NCBI GenBank assembly: GCA_017555745.1
Contig: JAFZFU010000026.1
Coordinates: 28,419-92,418 of the forward strand
DNA: 64,000 nucleotides
Source: Bacteroidales bacterium
GTDB taxonomy: Bacteria; Bacteroidota; Bacteroidia; Bacteroidales; P3
Direction of reading: 5' to 3'
The notes beneath the pieces were generated by a model, which saw nothing but the letters and a program-made list of their open reading frames with translations, did no database searches and was not told the origin of the DNA. Shown in pieces: positions 1 through 9,259 of this stretch. Position 1 is the first letter of the stretch. Every line of letters starts with the position of its first letter. Both the position numbers and the translations under genes were made by a program.

Positions 1-1124
1 GCAAGGTATTCCAATATGCGTTCTTTTACTTTCTCGATACCATAGTGATCCTTATCCAAAGTTTTTTGGGCATGTTTTAAATCTAAATTGTCTTTGGTAC
101 ACTCGTCCCATGGAAGGTCGAGCATTGTGTTTAAGTAGTTTAGTTGAGTGGAGTAATCTGGCGATTGTGGGTGTAAACGCATTAGTTTGTCCAATTCTTT
201 GTCGAATGTTTCTGCCACATTTTTACTCCATTTTTTATGAGCTGCTTTATAGTTGAGTTCGTCGATTTCTTGTTCGCCCGGATTGCCCCCAAGTTCTTCT
301 TGTATGGTTTTTAGTTGCTGAGTCAGAAAGTATTCTCTCTGCTGCTTGTCCATATCAACTTTTACTTTTTTCTGTATTTGGTTTTTCACTTCCAAAAAGT
401 CCAACTCTTTGGTAAGGTGTGACAATACTTTCTCGGTACGTTTTCTAAATGATACGATTTCTAACAAATGTTGTTTTTCGTATGTCGATATTTCAAGGTG
501 AGAGGCTACAAAGTTTACTAATAGTTTCGGACTTTCGATATTCTTTATTGCTATAGTGGCTTCGGAGGGTAGATTTGGCGAGTTTTTTACAAACTGCTCA
601 TACATATCTCTTATGCTTTCGATAGCAGCAGTGTCTTCTGAAGTGGCAGTGTTTTTGTCAAACTCCATTTCTTCGGGCGACTCAACTACTTCACCTTTTA
701 AATATGGAGTAGTGCTAACAAGCGATGTAAGTCTTATACGACGTGTACCTTGTAATATACCTAACACGTTTCCGTCGGGCATTTCCAATATTTTAAGTAC
801 TTTGGCTGCAGTACCTATACAATTTAAGTCTTCGTATACGGGGTCTTCAGCATCAGTGCATTGCGCTACTGCTCCTATTAAGAAATTCTTTTTATATGCT
901 TCTTTCAATAATTTTATAGACTTCTTTCGTCCTGCTGTTACCGGTAGAATTACTCCCGGAAATAGCACATTGCCACGCAATGCCAATATCGGCATTGCGT
1001 TTGGTATCTCGTTTTCATCAAGCAAAATATCCTCGTCTACATCCGATATAATAGGGATAACTTTTGTCTTGGCACTTATCATGTCATCAAATAATTCGTT
1101 CAATTCGCAAAATCTTTCTTTCAT
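1..1124 (-). CDS. lon: Lon protease, N-terminal part (gene continues beyond the left window edge)
   Basis: Absent from the ORF track because it is open at the edge. Manual minus-strand translation from ATG at 1124 gives MKERFCELNELFDDMISAKTKVIPIISDVDEDILLDENEIPNAMPILALRGNVLFPGVILPV... and ends ...LDKDHYGIEKVKERILEYL at base 1. That is the Lon N-terminal domain plus the conserved motif preceding the AAA+ module. ORF 556..1239(+) is its antisense shadow. Confidence 0.85.
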   Translation of the reverse strand, partial: MKERFCELNELFDDMISAKTKVIPIISDVDEDILLDENEIPNAMPILALRGNVLFPGVILPVTAGRKKSIKLLKEAYKKNFLIGAVAQCTDAEDPVYEDLNCIGTAAKVLKILEMPDGNVLGILQGTRRIRLTSLVSTTPYLKGEVVESPEEMEFDKNTATSEDTAAIESIRDMYEQFVKNSPNLPSEATIAIKNIESPKLLVNFVASHLEISTYEKQHLLEIVSFRKRTEKVLSHLTKELDFLEVKNQIQKKVKVDMDKQQREYFLTQQLKTIQEELGGNPGEQEIDELNYKAAHKKWSKNVAETFDKELDKLMRLHPQSPDYSTQLNYLNTMLDLPWDECTKDNLDLKHAQKTLDKDHYGIEKVKERILEYL

Positions 1125-1425
1125 TTTTCTTTGGTTTCGTATCTATACTAATATATTTTCGCCGTACATAAATACGAGAATAATCAAATTTTGTTGCTAT
1201 TTTACTCTCTTTTTCTCAAAATATTTTATACATTGTTGAAACAGAAATAGAACTATTGTTAGAAAAATATAGTTTCTCAAAAAAGAAATTTCATTATATT
1301 GCGTTATCTATTCGAAACTATCTTTTGTGGAATATCGTGGTAATTGATATTTAGGTGTAAATGATGTCACGAAACCTATCAGCCACTATATTTATGTTTT
1401 GCAACAAGATGTGTAAACGTAATAA

Positions 1426-2991
1426 ATGATGAAAAAATATATTGTATTGACATTTGCATTGTTGGGTAGTGTAATTAGTAATGTATCTGCACAGATTATA
1501 GATGTGGTGGATGATTTTTCGGATGGAGATTTTGTGTCGTCACCATCTTGGAAAGGAGATACTGCAGATTTTATGGTATATGATTTGCAGTTGAGACTCA
1601 ATGGAAGTAAGGCAGATACTTCTTATCTTTCCTCTACCTTGCGACTTATGCCGACAGACACTTTGAAATATGGCTTTTGGCTAAAGCACAATAGTCTGAC
1701 ATCCAATAATAGTTATTTTCGATTTTATTTTTATGCCGATAATGTCAATCCCGAGTATTCTACTGAGGCATTGTTTTTAGAGATAAAGCCACGCACTATA
1801 GCTCAAGTTGCAGTGTGCAAACAGTATGCTGATGGTGAGATAGTGACACTAATAGAACAACCCTATAAGTTAAGCCCCACTAATGCAGGACAGATGAGAT
1901 TTAAGGCCTTGAGATATCCTGACGGAAGATGGCAGTTGGATGTAGATACTTCGGGAGGAGTAGCGTTTAGGACTATGTTATCGTTTGTGGATTTGACAAA
2001 TGATGTCCTTGTCTCTGAGTGTTACATATCTCTATGGTGTAAGTATACTTCGGCCGACAAAAATAAGTTTTTTATTGATGATATCGAAGCCACTGCTTTT
2101 GCACGCTCACAAGATGGGAACGAAGATAGTATTATGCGGAGTGCTATTATGCCAAACGATTTGCTTATCAATGAGGTCTTGTTTAATCCTTATTTGGGTG
2201 GTGATGATTTTGTGGAAATATATAATAATACCGATTCGATTGTGGTATTGAATAAATTGTGTCTTGCAACTTGGGACGAAGTGGGTGACCATGTGAAAAC
2301 GTTGATACCTCTGCCCGGCAACGCTGTTATTCATCCTCGAGATTATGTGGTGATATCGTCGAATATCGACTTTTTGCGGACTAACTATGATGTTAAGTTT
2401 CCTGACAAGATGTATGCTATAAGCAAAATGCCATCCTATCCAAATACCTCCGGTTCTGTGATGCTAGTTTTGTCTGATAGTACTATTATCGATCGCTTCG
2501 ATTATAATGAGGATATGCATTACCGATGGCTCAACGATGTGGAGGGCGTATCGCTTGAAAGACGGTCGTTACAGCATCCCACCGATATGGAAGATAATTG
2601 GCATTCTGCGGCTAAATCGGTAGGTTGGGCAACACCGACTTGTCGCAACTCGCAAGCTGCAGATATACTTGTTCCTAACGATACTTTTATAGTAGATCCC
2701 GATGTGTTTTCGCCGGACAACGATGGATACAATGATTTGTTGAATATCAGTTATGCTACTCGTCAAGGAAACTTGCTTGCTAATGTCTATATCTTCGATC
2801 AACGTGGCAGATTGGTAAAAACTTTACACCAGAATGCATTGTTAGGTACTAACGGAATGATGATATGGGATGGTAGTGCCGATGATGGCAATAGATGCAG
2901 GATGGGAAACTATGTGGTTAAAATAGAAGTTTTCGATACTTCGGGTAGTGTTCAGACTATAAAGAAAGTTGTGGCTATAATGATGAAATAA
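1426..2991 (+). CDS. Secreted lamin-tail-domain (LTD) protein with T9SS type-B-like C-terminal domain
   Basis: Signal peptide MMKKYIVLTFALLGSVISNVSAQ. LLINEVLFNPYLGGDDFVEIYNNTD matches the LTD signature. The C-terminus FSPDNDGYNDLLNISY... resembles the gliding/T9SS type B sorting domain. Confidence 0.6.
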   Translation: MMKKYIVLTFALLGSVISNVSAQIIDVVDDFSDGDFVSSPSWKGDTADFMVYDLQLRLNGSKADTSYLSSTLRLMPTDTLKYGFWLKHNSLTSNNSYFRFYFYADNVNPEYSTEALFLEIKPRTIAQVAVCKQYADGEIVTLIEQPYKLSPTNAGQMRFKALRYPDGRWQLDVDTSGGVAFRTMLSFVDLTNDVLVSECYISLWCKYTSADKNKFFIDDIEATAFARSQDGNEDSIMRSAIMPNDLLINEVLFNPYLGGDDFVEIYNNTDSIVVLNKLCLATWDEVGDHVKTLIPLPGNAVIHPRDYVVISSNIDFLRTNYDVKFPDKMYAISKMPSYPNTSGSVMLVLSDSTIIDRFDYNEDMHYRWLNDVEGVSLERRSLQHPTDMEDNWHSAAKSVGWATPTCRNSQAADILVPNDTFIVDPDVFSPDNDGYNDLLNISYATRQGNLLANVYIFDQRGRLVKTLHQNALLGTNGMMIWDGSADDGNRCRMGNYVVKIEVFDTSGSVQTIKKVVAIMMK

Positions 2992-3034
2992 TTAATAAAA
3001 GTAGAATTGTGGCGGAAGTTTGAAAAATAATTGC

Positions 3035-3042
3035 TACCTTTG
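3035..3042 (+). promoter_or_regulatory. Bacteroidota sigma-A -7 box (TAnnTTTG) for dxs
   Basis: TACCTTTG lies 10 nt upstream of the ATG at 3052. Confidence 0.5.
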
Positions 3043-3051
3043 CAAATTAGT

Positions 3052-4959
3052 ATGATGAATATGGAAAAGATACAATATAATGTTTTAGAGAAGGTTAATA
3101 CGCCTGATGATTTGAAGAAATTATCGTGTGACGAGCTAAAAACGTTGTGCGACGAAATTCGAGCATATATAATAGATGTATTGGCAAACAATCCCGGACA
3201 TTTAGCATCGGGGTTGGGTACTGTGGAACTTTCGGTGGCTTTGCATTATGTTTTCAATACACCCGACGATAAATTGGTTTGGGATGTGGGCCATCAAGCT
3301 TATCCACACAAAATTCTTACGGGTCGCAAAAATCTTTTTCATACCATACGAACCTACAAAGGTATAAGTGGCTTTCCCAAAATGGAGGAAAGCGAATATG
3401 ATTCTTTTGGCACAGGACATTCGTCTACCTCTATATCGGCAGCATTGGGTATGGCCATGGCATCGCGATTGCAGGGTAACAACACCCGCCAACATATTGC
3501 AGTTATAGGCGATGGCTCTATGACCGGAGGTATGGCCTTTGAAGGCCTAAATCATGCCGGAGATTCCAAAGCCAATATTCTTGTGATACTAAACGATAAT
3601 GGTATAGCCATTGATAAGAGTGTGGGCGCATTGAGTAATTACCTTACTACGATCACCACATCATCGGCCTATAACAGACTAAAAAACAAAATATGGGACT
3701 TATATGGAGAAGGTAAAGGAAAGAAACACAAAAACTTCTTTAGAAAGATAGGTTTAATTACCAAGTCTGCATTAGTGAAGCAAAGCAATCTTTTTGAGGC
3801 ATTGAACTTTCGCTACTTTGGTCCAATAGATGGCCACGATGTAGAAAACTTGATAAAGATACTAGGAAAACTAAAAGATATACAAGGACCTAAATTACTG
3901 CACATAGTTACTCGTAAGGGAAAAGGCTTGGAAGAAGCCGAAAAGAATCCTATTGCCTATCATGCGCCGGGATTGTTTGATGCCAATACGGGTAAGCAGG
4001 TGGTGAACAATAGTGGCAATAAACCATTGCGATATCAAGATGTATTTGGATATACCATAGTGGAGTTGGCTGAACAAAATGAAAAGATATTAGGCATAAC
4101 ACCCGCTATGCCTACAGGCTGTTCATTGAACATAATGATGGAAAAAATGCCTCATCGTGCTTTTGATGTAGGTATTGCCGAACAACATGCCGTCACACTT
4201 GCTGCCGGAATGGCCGTCCAGGGTATGGTGCCGTTCTGTAATATATATTCTTCCTTTATGCAACGTGCCTACGATCAAGTGATACATGATGTGGCATTAC
4301 AAAATCTAGATGTGGTATTTTGCTTAGATAGGGGAGGTCTTGTGGGCGAAGATGGTGCCACTCATCATGGAGTGTTCGACTATGCTTATTTCCGACCTAT
4401 ACCTAATATTACTATAGCGTCGCCACTTGACGAACATGAGTTGCGAAATATGATGTATACAGCACAATTGGGAAGTAAAGGAACTTTTGTTATTCGTTAT
4501 CCAAGGGGTGGATGTGTAAATCTCGATTGGCAAAACCCTATGGAAGAGATAGTCATTGGCAAAGGTCGTTGCTTGAGAGAAGGCGACAATATAGCCATAT
4601 TATCGATTGGTCATATAGGTAATGCCGCTTTGGAAGCTGCTGCTATTGCCGAAGCTAAGGGAATAAATGTGGCAGTGTACGATATGAGATTTCTTAAACC
4701 ATTAGACGAGGATTTGGTACGTCAAGTAGCCTCAAAGTATACTGATATCATTACTATCGAAAATGGTGCATTGAAAGGTGGATTAGGTTCGGCAGTAGCT
4801 GAATTTGTGGTCGACAATAATCTTAAGGTGAATTTGCATCGAATGGGTATACCCGACTACTTTGTAGCTCATGGCAGTCTCAAAGAATTACACAAAGAAT
4901 GTGGAATAGATACCGATGCGGTGGTGGAAACGATAATGAATATAGTAGCTAAGCAATAA
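3052..4959 (+). CDS. dxs: 1-deoxy-D-xylulose-5-phosphate synthase
   Basis: Full-length match to Dxs: GHLASGLGTVELSVALHYVF, WDVGHQAYPHKILTGR, IGDGSMTGGMAFEGLNHAG, transketolase-like C-terminal half. Start moved to the first ATG (3052) after a TAccTTTG box; the track start at 3031 is TTG. Confidence 0.95.
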   Translation: MMNMEKIQYNVLEKVNTPDDLKKLSCDELKTLCDEIRAYIIDVLANNPGHLASGLGTVELSVALHYVFNTPDDKLVWDVGHQAYPHKILTGRKNLFHTIRTYKGISGFPKMEESEYDSFGTGHSSTSISAALGMAMASRLQGNNTRQHIAVIGDGSMTGGMAFEGLNHAGDSKANILVILNDNGIAIDKSVGALSNYLTTITTSSAYNRLKNKIWDLYGEGKGKKHKNFFRKIGLITKSALVKQSNLFEALNFRYFGPIDGHDVENLIKILGKLKDIQGPKLLHIVTRKGKGLEEAEKNPIAYHAPGLFDANTGKQVVNNSGNKPLRYQDVFGYTIVELAEQNEKILGITPAMPTGCSLNIMMEKMPHRAFDVGIAEQHAVTLAAGMAVQGMVPFCNIYSSFMQRAYDQVIHDVALQNLDVVFCLDRGGLVGEDGATHHGVFDYAYFRPIPNITIASPLDEHELRNMMYTAQLGSKGTFVIRYPRGGCVNLDWQNPMEEIVIGKGRCLREGDNIAILSIGHIGNAALEAAAIAEAKGINVAVYDMRFLKPLDEDLVRQVASKYTDIITIENGALKGGLGSAVAEFVVDNNLKVNLHRMGIPDYFVAHGSLKELHKECGIDTDAVVETIMNIVAKQ

Positions 4960-4986
4960 TCGTATTTAATTAATCTAAAAACAGAT

Positions 4987-6732
4987 ATGATGAAATATAG
5001 ATATATAATTTGGGCGATGCTTATTAGTGTGTCGCTATCGTCGTTTGCTCAAAACAACAAAATTAACTCGATAATGTACCAATCTTATCGTCAGGGTGTG
5101 GATAAACAGGATACTTCTTATACCATGGTTCATAACTACAATAAACAGATAGTTATTGCCGATAAAGATAAGGATATGACCAATGCTATTCCCGGATTAC
5201 CCAAGTCTGTTACATATGTGGACTACGATAGTATGACAGCCTTTTTGCAACTAAATTATTCCGAAAACGAAAGTTACTATGCCAAATCAAAGATTGGTAG
5301 TAAACATATCAAGTATACTACCGAAGGCACCGAAACTATGTTGGGGTTTGAATGCACAAAGTATACTACTAGCATAAATTCCAATCGTATAGAGATATGG
5401 ATGACAACGAGTCTTGGCTACAATGCCACTCCCATGGCTCAGTTTGCCGATCTCGAAGGTGTGTTGGTAAAATTCGTCAGAAATGGAAGTTCTACAATTG
5501 AAATAATGCCAAAATCTATTGCTTCTCAAAAAGTGAAGAATTCAAAGGAATATAAGCAATTGATTTCGGATAATTTGGGAGAAGAAACAACATCTCGCGA
5601 ACTAGATAATATTCGTCGCAATAAGATGATAATAAACACCAAAGTGTTTGACAACGACCGAATACATTGGGGCGATACTTCGCATTGGACAACAGATATG
5701 CCTATGGATACCGTAATCCATTTCGCAGGTGGTACTCTTATACTTAAACGATTGTCGATGCCTCAGTTACCGGTCCATTATCAAGTATATGCCGAAGTGT
5801 ATGCTCATTCTGAAGGTGATGCCTACGATCGCACCGGTTCTATATTTGTGATACCCACTTCACGTGAGTTGAGCCTTTATGATGCCCTTACCAAAGGTAT
5901 ATCGCAAGTGCCGGGTTTTTACTCCAAAGTCAATGAAGAGTATCGTGGTATGAAAATCGAAGATAACTATTTGCCCGTGATAGAACTGATGCGATTCTTT
6001 ACTCCTTTTGGGGTAAGACACTTCAACGATCGAGTGCAAATAGATGGTTTGGAATGGGATGATGAAGTATATTATAAACAAGATATTACCGATTTGGCTG
6101 CGGCATTGGCCGGAGATGTGATAATAGGGGCTTTTATAGGTAACTACGATGGAGGTGGACACAAACTGAGTATGGATATAAAGGCATATCCAGGTGCTTA
6201 TGAGTGGAATATCGAAGAAGAAACAACTAAACAATGGATATTGCCGATATTCAACACTTGCAATGTGATGGAGATGGCCGGACAAAATTACCCTCGATTT
6301 TTTGACACAGATAGTCTTACCGTGACGTTCGAGATACCAGAAGGTATCGAAAATCTCGAACTGAGATATATTACCACGGGACATGGAGGATGGGGAGGCG
6401 GCGATGAGTTTAACCCCAAAGCTAATACTATTATAATAGATGGACAGGAAGAATTTATATATACTCCTTGGCGTTCGGATTGTGGTACTTTCCGTGAGTT
6501 GAATCCGGTGTCGGGAAACTTTTGGAATGGAGTATCATCGTCGGATTATTCGCGTTCGGGTTGGTGTCCGGGTACTGCCACTCAACCTACATATTTCGAC
6601 CTATCGCATCTCGCACCGGGCAAACATACCATTACCATTGCCATTCCGCAAGGCAAGGCCGAAGGAGGTAGTTTTAGCGCTTGGAGTGTATCGGGAGTGC
6701 TGATAGGCACAGCAAAGAAGATGGAAAAGTAA
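4987..6732 (+). CDS. Secreted protein with C-terminal PNGase F-like domain (putative peptide-N-glycosidase-related)
   Basis: Signal peptide MMKYRYIIWAMLISVSLSSFAQ. The C-terminal half carries RTGSIFVIP, ITTGHGGWGGGDEF and YSRSGWCPG, which I recall as PNGase F-type signatures. The N-terminal ~230 aa has unknown function. Confidence 0.45.
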   Translation: MMKYRYIIWAMLISVSLSSFAQNNKINSIMYQSYRQGVDKQDTSYTMVHNYNKQIVIADKDKDMTNAIPGLPKSVTYVDYDSMTAFLQLNYSENESYYAKSKIGSKHIKYTTEGTETMLGFECTKYTTSINSNRIEIWMTTSLGYNATPMAQFADLEGVLVKFVRNGSSTIEIMPKSIASQKVKNSKEYKQLISDNLGEETTSRELDNIRRNKMIINTKVFDNDRIHWGDTSHWTTDMPMDTVIHFAGGTLILKRLSMPQLPVHYQVYAEVYAHSEGDAYDRTGSIFVIPTSRELSLYDALTKGISQVPGFYSKVNEEYRGMKIEDNYLPVIELMRFFTPFGVRHFNDRVQIDGLEWDDEVYYKQDITDLAAALAGDVIIGAFIGNYDGGGHKLSMDIKAYPGAYEWNIEEETTKQWILPIFNTCNVMEMAGQNYPRFFDTDSLTVTFEIPEGIENLELRYITTGHGGWGGGDEFNPKANTIIIDGQEEFIYTPWRSDCGTFRELNPVSGNFWNGVSSSDYSRSGWCPGTATQPTYFDLSHLAPGKHTITIAIPQGKAEGGSFSAWSVSGVLIGTAKKMEK

Positions 6733-6741
6733 AAAATAAAA

Positions 6742-6770
6742 AGGGTAGAGACATTGAGGTTTCTACCCTT
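6742..6770. terminator. Bidirectional hairpin between convergent genes
   Basis: agggtagagac-attgag-gtttctaccct forms an 11-bp stem (one G-U), with A/T runs on both sides. Confidence 0.7.
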
Positions 6771-6792
6771 TATTATTTCAAAACAAATTGTA

Positions 6793-8925
6793 TTATTTTA
6801 TTCCTTTCATGGTAAAGGATATACGATTTCGTTTTACATCTACTTCGGTAACTTTCACTTTCACATGTTGATGCAACTTTATTACCTCGTTAGGGTCTTT
6901 TACAAATTTATCGGTCATCTGGCTTACGTGTACAAGTCCATCTTGGTGTACACCTACATCTACAAAGGCCCCGAAAGCGGTGATATTAGTAACAATACCG
7001 GGTAATATCATACCTTCGCGAAGGTCGTCGATGCGACTTACATTTTTATCGAATTCAAATACTTCGAACTTGGTACGAGGGTCTAAACCGGGTTTATCTA
7101 ATTCTTTAATTATATCTTCCAAGGTAGGTAAACCGCATTCGGGCGATACAAAGTCGGCGATGTTTATCTTTGCTCGCAACTCCTTATTGTCAACAAGTTC
7201 GGCTACCGATGCTCCTACTTTTTTAGCCATACGCTCTACAAGTTCGTAGCGTTCGGGGTGCACAGCACTGCGGTCCAAAGGATTGGAGGCGTTGCGTATT
7301 CTTAAGAAACCAGCGCATTGTTCGAATGCTTTTTCGCCCAAGCGATCTACTTGGAGCAGTTCTTGTCTCGAGACAAAAGGGCCTTTTTTTGTGCGGTAAT
7401 CTACTATCTTTTTGGCCAGTACCGGGCCTATTCCCGATACATAGCTTAGGAGTTCTTTGCTGGCAGTATTCAGTTCCACTCCCACATTGTTTACACAACT
7501 TACCACCACATCGTTGAGACTTTCGTGCAAAAGACTTTGGTTTACATCGTGTTGATATTGTCCTACACCTATTGATTTGGGGTCTATCTTTACCAATTCC
7601 GACAAAGGATCCATCAATCTTCTGCCTATAGATACTGCACCACGTACCGTAACATCGTAATCGGGGAATTCTTGACGGGCAATATCCGAAGCCGAATATA
7701 CCGAAGCACCGTTTTCGCTTACCATTACGGCTATCACTTTGGTTTTGAATCGAGCACGTTTTACTATTTCTTCTGTTTCGCGCCCTGCCGTGCCATTACC
7801 TATGGCTATGGCTTCTATCTTAAAGGCTTCAACAAGGTTTTCGAGTTTTTTTACCGAATCTCGTTCTTCCCTTACCGAAGAGAATGGATATATGGTTTCG
7901 TTGTGTATAAGATTTCCTTGAGCGTCGAGGCATACCACCTTGCAACCGGTTCGGAAACCGGGGTCGATAGCAAGCACACGTTTCTGTCCCAGTGGCGATG
8001 CCAACAATAATTGACGAAGGTTTTCGGCAAACACTTTGATGGCATCGGCATCGGCTCGCTCTTTAAGGATGTTGTAAAATTCGGTTTCCATCGAAGGGGC
8101 AAGCAAACGTTTATAACTATCCCTCACTGCCATTTTAACCTGTTGCGAGCATTCCGAATTAGATTTAACCCATTGACGTTCGAGTTGTTCTATGGCTTCG
8201 CTATCATCATCGGGTTGTATCTTGACCTTTAGAAAACCTTCGTTTTCGCCACGAAACATTGCCAATATTCTGTGCGATGGCGCTTTCATCATATTTTCTT
8301 GCCAATCAAACCACGAACTATATTTGGCTCCTTCCTCTTCTTTGCCCTTAGCTACTTTGGCGGTAAGCATGGCCGAGCGACGATATAGGTTGCGCATACG
8401 ATTGCGAGCTGTGGGATCTTCGTTGATACGCTCGGCAATTATATCTCGTGCTCCGGTAAGAGCATCATCTATGTTCGATACCCCTCTTTTAGTATCTATA
8501 TACTTGACTGCCAATGTCTCGATATCTATGTTTTGCTGCAACATAATGGTGTTGGCCAATGGCTCCAAACCTTTTTCGATGGCCATCGAAGCACGTGTTT
8601 TACGTTTGGGTTTATATGGAAGATATAAGTCTTCGAGTTCGGTCATATTGTCGGCGGCAAGCAGTTTCGCTTTAAGTTCGGCGGTAAGTTTTCCTTGCTC
8701 GTCGATGGATTGCACTATGCTTTCGCGGCGTTTATCCAATTCTTTGCATTTGATAAGCATATCGCGAATGGCGGCAATCTGCACCTCGTTGAGGCTGCCG
8801 GTAGCCTCTTTGCGATAACGTGCTATAAAAGGAACAGTGGCACCCCCTTCGAGCAATTCGATGGTTTTCTCAACTTGGCGTGGCGACAGATTGAGGGTTT
8901 CGGCTATCTTGGTAGAATAATTCAT
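6793..8925 (-). CDS. tex: Tex-family transcription accessory protein (YqgF/HhH/S1 domains)
   Basis: 710 aa. N-terminal TVPFIARYRKE motif, central YqgF-like and HhH regions, C-terminal S1 domain (GIVTNITAFGAFVDVGVHQDGLVHVSQM). Confidence 0.95.
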   Translation of the reverse strand: MNYSTKIAETLNLSPRQVEKTIELLEGGATVPFIARYRKEATGSLNEVQIAAIRDMLIKCKELDKRRESIVQSIDEQGKLTAELKAKLLAADNMTELEDLYLPYKPKRKTRASMAIEKGLEPLANTIMLQQNIDIETLAVKYIDTKRGVSNIDDALTGARDIIAERINEDPTARNRMRNLYRRSAMLTAKVAKGKEEEGAKYSSWFDWQENMMKAPSHRILAMFRGENEGFLKVKIQPDDDSEAIEQLERQWVKSNSECSQQVKMAVRDSYKRLLAPSMETEFYNILKERADADAIKVFAENLRQLLLASPLGQKRVLAIDPGFRTGCKVVCLDAQGNLIHNETIYPFSSVREERDSVKKLENLVEAFKIEAIAIGNGTAGRETEEIVKRARFKTKVIAVMVSENGASVYSASDIARQEFPDYDVTVRGAVSIGRRLMDPLSELVKIDPKSIGVGQYQHDVNQSLLHESLNDVVVSCVNNVGVELNTASKELLSYVSGIGPVLAKKIVDYRTKKGPFVSRQELLQVDRLGEKAFEQCAGFLRIRNASNPLDRSAVHPERYELVERMAKKVGASVAELVDNKELRAKINIADFVSPECGLPTLEDIIKELDKPGLDPRTKFEVFEFDKNVSRIDDLREGMILPGIVTNITAFGAFVDVGVHQDGLVHVSQMTDKFVKDPNEVIKLHQHVKVKVTEVDVKRNRISFTMKGIK

Positions 8926-9014
8926 TTTTCTATATTTTGTTTATGTCGCATATTTGCTGTAAGAAACATTTTTATCAGCGTTTTGCAATGATTTTTTTTA
9001 TTCGAAATGTACTG

Positions 9015-9022
9015 CAAAAATA
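9015..9022 (-). promoter_or_regulatory. -7 box for tex
   Basis: Minus-strand TATTTTTG about 90 nt upstream of the ATG at 8925. Confidence 0.4.
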
Positions 9023-9202
9023 CTTTATTTCCTCAAATAAAAGAACTATTTCTTCTATTTTTTATCTATGCGATTAAAATAATAATAATTTACATTCCAT
9101 TCATGGTTGTAATATTATTTTGTATTTCAATACATTAATAATTGATCTTGTTTTTTTTGTTCAAAATATATTTTTTTAAATCTCTAATTGAAAAAAAATG
9201 TG

Positions 9203-9210
9203 TACTTTTG
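9203..9210 (+). promoter_or_regulatory. -7 box for the T9SS cargo gene at 9260
   Basis: TACTTTTG about 50 nt upstream of the ATG. Confidence 0.45.
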
Positions 9211-9259
9211 TGCTTCGAATGAAAGAAAATAATTTATAAATAACTAAAAGAAAATCATT

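Noticed and set aside
556-1239. 227-aa plus-strand ORF
   Set aside because: Low-complexity S/I/F-rich translation lying exactly antisense to a clear Lon protease reading frame, so it is a shadow ORF.
5860-6384. 174-aa minus-strand ORF
   Set aside because: Antisense shadow within the PNGase F-like gene, with low-complexity composition.
8192-8818. 208-aa plus-strand ORF
   Set aside because: Antisense to tex. The S/R/L-rich translation is typical of shadow frames.
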